From the NCBI GenBank assembly GCA_913051185.1, contig CAJXBM010000001.1, forward strand, positions 6,754 through 70,753: a stretch of 64,000 bases of DNA. Direction: 5' to 3'. Numbering within the stretch: position 1 is the stretch's first letter; each line of letters begins with the position of its first letter. The DNA comes from an uncultured Chloroflexota bacterium (GTDB lineage Bacteria; Chloroflexota; Dehalococcoidia; UBA2979). The notes under the pieces were generated by a model, which had not been told where the DNA came from, did no database searches, and saw only the letters and a program-made list of their open reading frames with translations. The translations under genes and the position numbers were made by a program. Shown here piece by piece: positions 39,337 through 47,974 of the stretch.

Positions 39337-41142
39337 ATGGCTACAGCTACTGACGGTGTAGGGGCGGTTCAGGCTGAACAATCTAAAGTCTGGGAGTGGT
39401 TGACCACAGTTGATCACAAAAAAATCGGAACGATGTATGGGATCACTGGTTTTACCTATTTTCTGATTTCTGGTTTGACTGCATTAGCCATACGGACCCA
39501 GTTAGCTGTGCCAAACGGAAACGTTTTGAGTGCTGAACTCTATAATCAATTTTTCACGATGCATGCCTTAATGATGATCTTCCTGGCAATCATGCCTATG
39601 GGTGCGTCATTTTTCAACTACTTTATACCTCTCCAAATTGGTGCCCGAGATGTAGCGTTTCCTAGACTTAACGCTCTTTCATATTGGGTATTTTTATCTG
39701 GTTCACTTATTCTCTTCTCGTCTTTCTTTTTGGGTGGCGCACCCGATGCGGGTTGGTTTGCATATGCGCCTTTAACTGAGTCGAAATACTCTGTGGGCCC
39801 CGGTCTTGATTTTTACACGGTCGGTTTGATTATTCTGGGTTTGTCTTCGCTGATGGCTTCTCTGAATTTTGCAGTAACGATACTTAATATGCGTGCTCCT
39901 GGAATGACCATGATGCGACTTCCTGTGTATATGTGGATGACCTTGGTAGTGTCCTTCCTTCTTATTCTTTCGCTTCCCATTGTTACGGTTGCCTTAGTAA
40001 TGCTTTATTTCGATCGAAACTTTACAACTAATTTCTTCACTCCTGAAACGGGTGGCGATCCGATCCTATGGCAACATCTTTTTTGGTTATTTGGTCATCC
40101 GGAAGTGTATGTTTTGATATTGCCGTCCATGGGGATTGTGTCAGAAGTAATCCCAGTGTTTTCTAGGAAACCCCTATTTGGCTATGCTGCGATTGTTTTT
40201 GCAGGAGCGTCGATTGGTGTTCTGGGCTTCGGTGTATGGGCACATCACATGTTCACTACCGGTCTTGGAACGGTTCCAGCGTTGGTATTTAGCGCTACAA
40301 CGATGGGTATTGGAGTTCCGACGGGAGTTAAGATATTCAACTGGCTCTCGACCATGTATGGGGGAAGTATTAGGTTTACGACCTCGATGTATTTTGCAGT
40401 TGCATTCATCGCCTTATTTACTATTGGTGGAATTTCAGGTGTGATGCATGCGGGTCCTGCTGTGGATTCGCAACATCAGGATACATACTTTGTAGTGGCT
40501 CACATACATTATGTACTGTTTGGTGGGGCCATCATGGGTATATTCTCTGGTATTTTCTACTGGTGGCCCAAAATGACAGGACGATTCCTGAGTGAAGTTA
40601 GTGGAAAATGGTCGTTCTGGGTGATGTTTGCAGGAATGAATTTGACATTTTTCCCGATGCACTTTTTAGGTGTGTCCGGAATGCCACGAAGAATTTATAC
40701 ATATGATGAGGGTTTTGGTTGGTCCGATTGGAACATGGTTGCCACGATCGGGTCGTATCTTATCGGAGTCAGTGTTCTGATATTTTTGGTGAACGTCTAT
40801 CGAACTATGCGTCAGCCGGCTACAGCTTCGGATAATCCTTGGGATGCGCCTACTCTTGAGTGGGCGACTACGAGCCCGCCACCTGAGCACGATTTCGATG
40901 TAGTCCCGGAAGTTCACTCTTCCATGCCACTTTGGACTAACAGAGAAATGGGAATCACAACTCCGGAAGCACCCGAGGGACTACATATTCATTTGCCTCC
41001 CTCTTCATATATGCCTCTGATTCTAGCGATCGGAGTTGGACTAATTGGTGTGGGGTTGTTGTCGCATCTAGCTCTTGTGGGAATTGGAGTAGCGATTGCG
41101 ACCTATGGTGTTTGGGGCTGGGCGATTGAGCCTACCGATTAG
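39337..41142 (+). CDS. ctaD: cytochrome c oxidase subunit I
   Basis: 601 aa with canonical heme-copper oxidase motifs: WFFGHPEVYILILP, and the HHMFTTG and VAHIHYVLFGG His ligands. Confidence 0.95.
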   Translation: MATATDGVGAVQAEQSKVWEWLTTVDHKKIGTMYGITGFTYFLISGLTALAIRTQLAVPNGNVLSAELYNQFFTMHALMMIFLAIMPMGASFFNYFIPLQIGARDVAFPRLNALSYWVFLSGSLILFSSFFLGGAPDAGWFAYAPLTESKYSVGPGLDFYTVGLIILGLSSLMASLNFAVTILNMRAPGMTMMRLPVYMWMTLVVSFLLILSLPIVTVALVMLYFDRNFTTNFFTPETGGDPILWQHLFWLFGHPEVYVLILPSMGIVSEVIPVFSRKPLFGYAAIVFAGASIGVLGFGVWAHHMFTTGLGTVPALVFSATTMGIGVPTGVKIFNWLSTMYGGSIRFTTSMYFAVAFIALFTIGGISGVMHAGPAVDSQHQDTYFVVAHIHYVLFGGAIMGIFSGIFYWWPKMTGRFLSEVSGKWSFWVMFAGMNLTFFPMHFLGVSGMPRRIYTYDEGFGWSDWNMVATIGSYLIGVSVLIFLVNVYRTMRQPATASDNPWDAPTLEWATTSPPPEHDFDVVPEVHSSMPLWTNREMGITTPEAPEGLHIHLPPSSYMPLILAIGVGLIGVGLLSHLALVGIGVAIATYGVWGWAIEPTD

Positions 41143-41195
41143 TAGTTAGAAAGACTGTTTCTTTTCGAAGGATGACTGGGAGTTAAGGAGAATCC

Positions 41196-41792
41196 ATGAG
41201 CGCAGCAACACACGAAACTGAGCATCATACCAGTTTGGGAGTCGACAATCGTAAATTGTTGATGTGGATATTCTTAGCTTCTGAATGCCTTTTTTTTGGT
41301 AGCCTTCTTTCAACATACTTGGTTTTTAAGGGCGAATCTCTGAGTGGCCCTGGAACAGATATATTTGCATTTGAAATAACATCAATTTCGACGTTTGTAT
41401 TGTTAATGAGCAGCTTATCGATGGTACTGGCCGTTTATGGTGCGCAGCATGGCCAGCTTGGACTCATGAAATTGATGCTGCTTTGCACTATTTTGCTTGG
41501 ATTGGTGTTTTTAGGTTTTCAGGTATATGAGTTCAAGACATTTGCGTCGGAGGGATTAACCCTTTCAACGAATCAGTTTGGTGCTTCATTTTATATATTG
41601 ACTGGATTTCACGGCTGTCACGTTGGTGTAGGTGTGTTGTATTTATCTTCTCTACTTATATCTTCGGTGAGGCGTAATGGAATCGGAAAAGAGACGCCGC
41701 TTTATATTGATATTGGCGGCTTGTATTGGCACTTTGTTGATATAGTTTGGATCGTACTATTTACGGTAGTTTATTTAATTCCTGCATATTAG
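41196..41792 (+). CDS. ctaE: cytochrome c oxidase subunit III
   Basis: 198 aa with multiple TM helices and the conserved FYILTGFHGCHVGVGV block. Confidence 0.85.
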   Translation: MSAATHETEHHTSLGVDNRKLLMWIFLASECLFFGSLLSTYLVFKGESLSGPGTDIFAFEITSISTFVLLMSSLSMVLAVYGAQHGQLGLMKLMLLCTILLGLVFLGFQVYEFKTFASEGLTLSTNQFGASFYILTGFHGCHVGVGVLYLSSLLISSVRRNGIGKETPLYIDIGGLYWHFVDIVWIVLFTVVYLIPAY

Positions 41793-41818
41793 TAGTAAAA
41801 TGTTGTTGAAAGTTTTAG

Positions 41819-42202
41819 GTGAAGGAGCGACTGCACATGGCTGAGATGGACGCTGTTCATGATGCTCACGACGAGCATCCTACTACAACAATTCGTGAGT
41901 ATCTAATTATAGGACTTGTACTGAGTGTAATTACAGCGGTTGAACTTGTAATGTCGCTCTATGAGGATGAATTGGGTGTCGTACTTATTCCCGGATTGTT
42001 AATATTTTCAGCTATTAAGTTTGTAATCGTCGTAGGAATGTTTATGCATTTGAGATTTGATTCAATCCGTTTTACTCAGATATTTGCATTCGGATTTATA
42101 CTTGCGACAGCTTTGCTGATTGCTGTGGTCGTTTTATTTGCGTACGATGCGACTGATGCGATCGGTGGCGGGTTTATTGGTGATCCAATTGAACACCACT
42201 AA
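41819..42202 (+). CDS. ctaF: cytochrome c oxidase subunit IV-like small membrane protein (prokaryotic COX4 family)
   Basis: 127 aa with three predicted TM helices, placed immediately after subunit III. Confidence 0.5.
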   Translation: MKERLHMAEMDAVHDAHDEHPTTTIREYLIIGLVLSVITAVELVMSLYEDELGVVLIPGLLIFSAIKFVIVVGMFMHLRFDSIRFTQIFAFGFILATALLIAVVVLFAYDATDAIGGGFIGDPIEHH

Positions 42203-42260
42203 TTCAGTTGGTGTGAATTCCTTTGTACATACGTTCATTTCATAGGTCAATCTCACACCC

Positions 42261-43178
42261 ATGATTTCAGTCGTCGCTGAGCGACTACCTTTCTCATTAC
42301 CTGGTCATGCGGGTGTTAGCCACGACTCTTCTGATCCGTGGTTTTCGCATTGGAATGTTGACCCCGAGATTCTCATCCCATTTATGGTACTTACGTTTCT
42401 CTATTTGCGCGGTTTAAGAGGTTGGACGGATCGATCTCGTGAACATCCAACTTGGAAGACCATCTGCTATTTTGCGGGATGGGGTGTATTACTTTTAGCA
42501 GTTGAGTCTCCGATCGATTTCTTGGCAGAGCGTCATTTTTTTATTCACATGATTCAACATGAATTACTCATTATGGTGGGTATGCCACTCACTCTGCTTG
42601 GTGCTCCGGTTACTCCGGTGAGCCGAGGTTTACCGGGTCGCATTCGTAAGCTACTGGTATCACCTGTATTTAGGTCGAAAATATTTCGTATTTTACGAAA
42701 TATTGCACTGACTCCAATAGTCGCTGGAATCGCTGTCAACGTTGTCATAATTATTTGGCATGTGCCGGGCTTATATAACCAGGTTTTGTTCAATAGTTTT
42801 ATTCATCGTTTTCAGCATGTCAGTTTTCTGATAGTGGCGTGGCTTTTTTGGTGGAATATTATTGACCCGAAACCTCTAAGTTCTCGGATGGGTATGCCGC
42901 TGCGGGCAATTTTTATATTTTTGACAGGGATGCCAAAACATGTTGTGGGTGCATTTCTAGTTTTTTCGACTACTTTTTTTTATACCGGCTATCTAGAGTT
43001 TCAGCCGGTATTCAACAGCATAGATAGATCAACTGATCAGTTACTCGGTGGGATGATTATGTGGGTAGGCGCGTTGAGTATTCACTTAACTGCTATGGGC
43101 ATCGTATTTTTTATCTGGATGCAGAGACAACGAAAAGAGCAAGATGCATATCTCAGCGAACTGCGCAAATCTCATTGA
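42261..43178 (+). CDS. ctaG: caa3-type cytochrome oxidase assembly factor CtaG (Caa3_CtaG family)
   Basis: 305 aa polytopic protein with the HMIQHE motif (FFIHMIQHELLIMVGMPL) typical of Bacillus-type CtaG. Confidence 0.6.
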   Translation: MISVVAERLPFSLPGHAGVSHDSSDPWFSHWNVDPEILIPFMVLTFLYLRGLRGWTDRSREHPTWKTICYFAGWGVLLLAVESPIDFLAERHFFIHMIQHELLIMVGMPLTLLGAPVTPVSRGLPGRIRKLLVSPVFRSKIFRILRNIALTPIVAGIAVNVVIIIWHVPGLYNQVLFNSFIHRFQHVSFLIVAWLFWWNIIDPKPLSSRMGMPLRAIFIFLTGMPKHVVGAFLVFSTTFFYTGYLEFQPVFNSIDRSTDQLLGGMIMWVGALSIHLTAMGIVFFIWMQRQRKEQDAYLSELRKSH

Positions 43179-43221
43179 CGCAGTTCGTTGTGATACTTAG
43201 GATATATCCTACCTAGTTTGT

Positions 43222-43240
43222 TTGCGTATAATATACGCAA
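43222..43240 (+). promoter_or_regulatory. dyad-symmetric operator-like element TTGCGTAT-AAT-ATACGCAA containing a TATAAT -10 hexamer, 34 nt upstream of nadE; adjacent palindrome GGATATATCC (43200-43209)
   Basis: 8 bp perfect arms, seen directly in the sequence. Confidence 0.45.
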
Positions 43241-43273
43241 AGTAACTATGGAATAATAACTGCAGGGGACTAT

Positions 43274-45019
43274 ATGTCGTCACTACGGATTTCTCTCGCT
43301 CAAATCAATACTACTGTAGGAGATTTTTCGGGTAATTCTGCATTGATTCTTGAGATGGCACAGGAAGCTGCGAGTCTGGGTGCGGATATAGTTGCCTTTC
43401 CTGAGCTTGCAATTTGCGGATATCCACCGGAGGATCTCTTACTTCGATCTTCCTTTATTGAAGAGTCACGCATCGCTTTAGAAAAGTTAGCTGTGGATGC
43501 CAGAGAACTTCCTCCGCTAATAGTTGGTTCTCTTGATTTTGATCGACATTTATATAACAGTGCATCAATTTTGCATGGAGGTCGAATAACGGCTGATTAT
43601 CACAAGCAAAAACTTCCAAATTACGGCGTGTTCGATGAGCAGCGTTACTTCCAGCCTGGAAAGTCAGTTCTGCTATGCCGTATTAAGGGTGTGGATATCG
43701 GAATAAACATCTGCGAAGATATTTGGTATCCGGATGGACCCATATCTGATGCAGCACTAGCTGGTGCCCAGCTCATAATAAATATTAACGCCTCACCATT
43801 TTCAAAAAATCGCTCATCTGATCGCCAGAGAATGATATCGACTCGAGCAGCAGATCATACGGTTGCGATAGCCTACGTGAATCAAGTGGGCGGGCAAGAT
43901 GAACTTGTATTTGATGGAAATTCATTTATTTCCTTGGCAGATGGACAAATACAAAATCATGCGCCATCTTTTGAAAATTTTCTTTTAACGAGTGACATCG
44001 AATTCGAAGATGTTCTGCAGCGGCAATTGCATGATTCTCGATTGCGACAGATGCGAAGCACTCGGGGTAATGAAAATTCTTTGGAGATTGAACAAGTGGA
44101 TTTGGCGCTTGTTCCCTTTGAGAAGCCTGATATCTCCAATGTGGTGACGAACGCTCCAATTTCCACAGAAGAGGAGGTCTACCGTGCGTTGGTAACGGGG
44201 ACGCGAGATTATTTGCATAAAACTGGATTTGAACATGCCTTTATTGCTCTATCGGGCGGAATTGACTCTGCTTTAGTGGGCGCTATTGCGGTGGATGCCC
44301 TTGGCCCAACAAACGTGACAGGTGTTTCCATGCCGTCACGATATTCCTCTGATGGCTCCGTGACTGATGCTGAGGATCTTGCCAGTCGCCTAGGTATCGA
44401 GTTGTTGTCTCTTCCGATTGAAGGAGTACATGCTTCAGTTCTTGATTCATTGTTACCGGAGTTCGCCCGATCAGAAAATCCAGACGCTGGGGTGGCTGGA
44501 GAAAATGTGCAATCAAGAATTCGTGGAATGTTGATGATGGCTCTTTCAAATCATCGACCAAAGTCGATGGTCCTTACGACAGGAAATAAGAGTGAATATG
44601 CATGTGGATATGCAACGTTGTATGGCGATATGGTCGGTGGATTTGCGGTGATTAAGGACGTACCAAAGACTCTGGTGTGGGAATTATCGCGCTGGAGGAA
44701 TAGCAATGGTGAGGTGATTCCTGAAAATTCAATTACGAAGGCACCTTCTGCTGAATTACGTCCTGATCAACTGGATTCGGATTCGCTACCTGAATATGAT
44801 GTCCTCGACCCAATCATCGAACTTTATGTGGAGGATGATCTTTCTTTTGAATCGATTGTTTCAAAAGGATTCGACGAGAAATTAGTGCGTCGCGTAATCG
44901 GTATGGTGAATCGAAACGAGTATAAGAGACGTCAGTCTCCGCCCGGAGTGAAGATAACCACCCGAGCTTTTGGCAGAGATAGGCGACTACCTATGGCTAC
45001 TCGGTACTCTGGCGTGTAG
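43274..45019 (+). CDS. nadE: glutamine-dependent NAD+ synthetase (N-terminal CN-hydrolase domain + NadE)
   Basis: 581 aa with a nitrilase-like domain (catalytic Cys in NICEDIWYP) and a P-loop SGGIDSALV in the NAD synthase domain. Confidence 0.9.
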   Translation: MSSLRISLAQINTTVGDFSGNSALILEMAQEAASLGADIVAFPELAICGYPPEDLLLRSSFIEESRIALEKLAVDARELPPLIVGSLDFDRHLYNSASILHGGRITADYHKQKLPNYGVFDEQRYFQPGKSVLLCRIKGVDIGINICEDIWYPDGPISDAALAGAQLIININASPFSKNRSSDRQRMISTRAADHTVAIAYVNQVGGQDELVFDGNSFISLADGQIQNHAPSFENFLLTSDIEFEDVLQRQLHDSRLRQMRSTRGNENSLEIEQVDLALVPFEKPDISNVVTNAPISTEEEVYRALVTGTRDYLHKTGFEHAFIALSGGIDSALVGAIAVDALGPTNVTGVSMPSRYSSDGSVTDAEDLASRLGIELLSLPIEGVHASVLDSLLPEFARSENPDAGVAGENVQSRIRGMLMMALSNHRPKSMVLTTGNKSEYACGYATLYGDMVGGFAVIKDVPKTLVWELSRWRNSNGEVIPENSITKAPSAELRPDQLDSDSLPEYDVLDPIIELYVEDDLSFESIVSKGFDEKLVRRVIGMVNRNEYKRRQSPPGVKITTRAFGRDRRLPMATRYSGV

Positions 45020-45024
45020 TCTTT

Positions 45025-45852
45025 TTATTTTTCGGTATCGACAATTGACACCATCGCGTGCGCCGCGGCTACGTCGTGGACTCTAATAATATTGGCACCT
45101 TTGAGAACAGCAAGGGCATTAAACGCCAGAGTTGCACTGAGTAGTTCGGCTGTGTCCTGACTGTCTCCCTGCATCATAAGTTCTGAAAGAAATCCTTTTC
45201 GGGAGGCGGATACAAGAATTGGTCTATTCAGTGTCTGTAATCGTGGAAGTGTCCGTAAGAGGGTGAGGTTATCACTTGCGGATTTTCCAAACCCAAATCC
45301 CGGATCTATCCAAGCCTGTTGTCCAGTGTTGCGTTCAAATAACGTGACTGAACTCTTAAGAAAATCAAAGACTTCAGTCTCGATATCCTCATATTTTTGG
45401 CTGACTTCGCGGTGTAATTTTGGTAGGCCTCTCATGTGCATGATGCAAATTGGAAGACCAAAATCTTTTGCCACTTGATGCATTTCTAAGTTTTGTGCAC
45501 CACTCACATCGTTAATCAGGTGGAGTCCTGCCGAGGCGACGCCTTTTACAACCGACGGAGTCCAAGTATCGATTGATGTAATTATTCCCTCTTGTGAAAG
45601 TGCTTCGACGACTGGATAGATGCGACTGACTTCTTCTTCTGGCGAAATTGAGTAGGCTTTAGTTGCGGTTGAGTGGGCACCGATATCAATTATATCTGCG
45701 CCATCTTGCGTCATTTTGATAGCACGCCTGATAGCTTCATCTGACCTCACCCTCGAAAATGCAATTGGGGAGTCATTCGAAACGTTTATTATGCCCATGA
45801 CAGCTGTTCGTTGACTTAGATCAAGAGTTTGGTTGTGAAATCGGATCAACAT
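45025..45852 (-). CDS. folP: dihydropteroate synthase (pterin-binding, DHPS) with divergent loop-2
   Basis: 275 aa, collinear with E. coli FolP: MGIINV, GADIIDIG, EEEVSRIYPVVEAL, SIDTW, HLINDV, GLPICIMHM, DPGFGFGK, LVSASRK and IIRVHDV. The GGESTRPG loop is replaced by GAHSTATKA. Confidence 0.8.
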   Translation of the reverse strand: MLIRFHNQTLDLSQRTAVMGIINVSNDSPIAFSRVRSDEAIRRAIKMTQDGADIIDIGAHSTATKAYSISPEEEVSRIYPVVEALSQEGIITSIDTWTPSVVKGVASAGLHLINDVSGAQNLEMHQVAKDFGLPICIMHMRGLPKLHREVSQKYEDIETEVFDFLKSSVTLFERNTGQQAWIDPGFGFGKSASDNLTLLRTLPRLQTLNRPILVSASRKGFLSELMMQGDSQDTAELLSATLAFNALAVLKGANIIRVHDVAAAHAMVSIVDTEK

Positions 45853-45890
45853 TTCTTTAGTCTAGGGCGTCCTAGGTTTAGACTGTTTTT

Positions 45891-47030
45891 ATGACGTTAC
45901 CTGACACTGCGTTATCGGATGACGAGGCTCGCCTAGTTCTAGAAGGAGGCTCTCGGCTACTTACCGCTGATTTGCCGACCCCACCAGATATTACACCGTC
46001 TACCGATTCTGATTGTTTTGAAGGACTCAGATTGAAATTTGCCGAATCATTATCAGTGAGTCAGCAACGTGTTGTCTTATTTGATAGCTATGAGAGAGCA
46101 GGCCAAGCTGCTCTTGAGAATATGCGACTGGCGTCGCCACAGTCGACCGGCCAGATACTGGGACCAACAATTGGAGCGTCAGCACTAGTAACTCTATGCA
46201 ACAAGAGAAAATTAGAGTATTTTGCAGTCGATATTGAGCCTGACAGCTTAGGCATTTCTCCTCGTGGTATTGCCCAGGCGGTCGAGTCCGCGTCCACAGA
46301 TATTGTAGGTGTCATTATTGGTCATCCTTTTGGACATCCGGCTAATATGACTGTGCTAAGTCAAATGCTTTCCGGTTATAATTTGCCTTTTGTCCAAGAA
46401 TGTTCAGAGAGTTTCTTAAGTAGTAATCATGATGCTCTTATTGGGACAACAGGGATTGCTTCAATTTTTTCAGTCAGAGAGTCCTTGTCGCTTTTTCATA
46501 ACGTCAGTGGTAATTTGTCACCCACCATCGTGGTCTTTGGTGATGATCAAGATGACGAATTCATAAGAGTTGCAATGGATGCGACTCGCGTAAATTGTCC
46601 TGAAGACGTAATGCGAATTTTTTTGGGAGCAATGGGATCTATAGAAAATCGAATAGAGCATCGTCGCAGACTTGCTTGGGAATTGAACTTTAGGCTACGT
46701 GGCGTTGCCTCTATAGCGAAGATGTCACATGCCCGAAAAATTAAGCATAATTATTCAAATTTTGTCCTTAGGATTCGCGGGCCCGGTTGGCGGAAAGGCG
46801 TATCGGATTCCATCTTGGCTCTTAACGAAGAAGGTGTTGCTTTTAAAATAGCAGTCGAACCTCCTTACTATGACGGGTATGAAGATTTTTCGTCCGGCCG
46901 ATTCCCGGTTACCGATAGAATTGTGAGAGACTCTATATCGCTGAGATTGCATGAAGGTCTACATGAACAGCATATCGACATCGTCGGCAAAATATTAAGA
47001 AAGGTCGCGTTATGGGCGTCCAAGGATTAG
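45891..47030 (+). CDS. DegT/DnrJ/EryC1/StrS aminotransferase-like protein lacking the PLP-binding lysine (possible pseudoenzyme)
   Basis: 379 aa. The DegT-family core aligns well (AVDIEPDSLGISPRGIAQAVESASTDIVGVIIGHPFGHPANMTVLSQMLSGYNLPFVQECSESF). The SFHxxK lysine position reads FSVRESLSLFHNVSG, with no Lys. Confidence 0.55.
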   Translation: MTLPDTALSDDEARLVLEGGSRLLTADLPTPPDITPSTDSDCFEGLRLKFAESLSVSQQRVVLFDSYERAGQAALENMRLASPQSTGQILGPTIGASALVTLCNKRKLEYFAVDIEPDSLGISPRGIAQAVESASTDIVGVIIGHPFGHPANMTVLSQMLSGYNLPFVQECSESFLSSNHDALIGTTGIASIFSVRESLSLFHNVSGNLSPTIVVFGDDQDDEFIRVAMDATRVNCPEDVMRIFLGAMGSIENRIEHRRRLAWELNFRLRGVASIAKMSHARKIKHNYSNFVLRIRGPGWRKGVSDSILALNEEGVAFKIAVEPPYYDGYEDFSSGRFPVTDRIVRDSISLRLHEGLHEQHIDIVGKILRKVALWASKD

Positions 47031-47052
47031 TGGTAGACACATTCGGGAATAA

Positions 47053-47847
47053 TTGATAGATATGGCGAATTTACCAGATCCGGCCTTGGTTGCTGTTCAG
47101 TTCTCAGATTCATCTGTCCGAGTAGTGTTGGCGGATAAATTACAGACAGCTGTTTATGATCAGTCCTTTGAGATTCGAGAAATGCTAGACCAAGACCAAT
47201 GGGCTTGGGATGTCGGTGGATATATCGCTACCACTTTTGCACTAGAAGGTAAAAAAAGATCGGCTGCCGCAATCGCAGTTTGTTGTCCAGGTTTTGTTGA
47301 TGAATCGTCAGGTCGATTGATTGCATCACGTAGTAATCCGATATGGAATGACCTAGATGTTGTGGGTCAACTTCGAGCACATTTCGACGTACCAATTATG
47401 GCAGCCGATGAATTACGGGCAGCTCTCCGAGCAGAGATGTCTGCAATGGACACCCCCGATGAAGAGAGTACGTTTTATCTGAGACTTGATGAGAGTTGTA
47501 GTGCTGTCACGGCTTATTCCACTTCGAGGGTTATTTTTGGGGGTGCCGAGTCATATGAGGTTTCCCGTACGCTCTCGATCCTTCCAGAAGTTATCGAGAA
47601 AGACTCAGCGGTTTATGCATCGCTATCGATTAATCTTTCAGAGGCATTGGCCTACACTCGCCCTACAGTAATATTTATTGAGACAGATGCTGGTCACTTT
47701 GAACCGATTAAGCAAGCACTAGATAACCTCTGCGAGTCACTCGAATTGTCGGCGAAAATTGTGCTTGCGAAAGACGATCCGGACAAGCTAATTCACGGAA
47801 CTATATATTTAGCGTCAAATTTAGCTCTCGAAAATCGACTTTACTGA
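47053..47847 (+). CDS. ROK/ASKHA-fold sugar-kinase-like protein, short and lacking the ROK zinc-Cys motif
   Basis: 264 aa. The N-terminal beta-hairpin VAVQFSDSSVRVVLAD and AIAVCCPGFVDESSGRLIASRSNP resemble ROK phosphate-1 and phosphate-2 regions. Confidence 0.4.
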   Translation: MIDMANLPDPALVAVQFSDSSVRVVLADKLQTAVYDQSFEIREMLDQDQWAWDVGGYIATTFALEGKKRSAAAIAVCCPGFVDESSGRLIASRSNPIWNDLDVVGQLRAHFDVPIMAADELRAALRAEMSAMDTPDEESTFYLRLDESCSAVTAYSTSRVIFGGAESYEVSRTLSILPEVIEKDSAVYASLSINLSEALAYTRPTVIFIETDAGHFEPIKQALDNLCESLELSAKIVLAKDDPDKLIHGTIYLASNLALENRLY

Positions 47848-47974
47848 TTCAGATAAAACTTAATTGATATTGACTAAATAGTGGTTAATGGTAATTGACT
47901 AGTTTCGGTTTTCGGCTGAATGATTTACGATACCTCTAGAAATTATTCACAATCGAGCTGACTTAGTTTATGGG

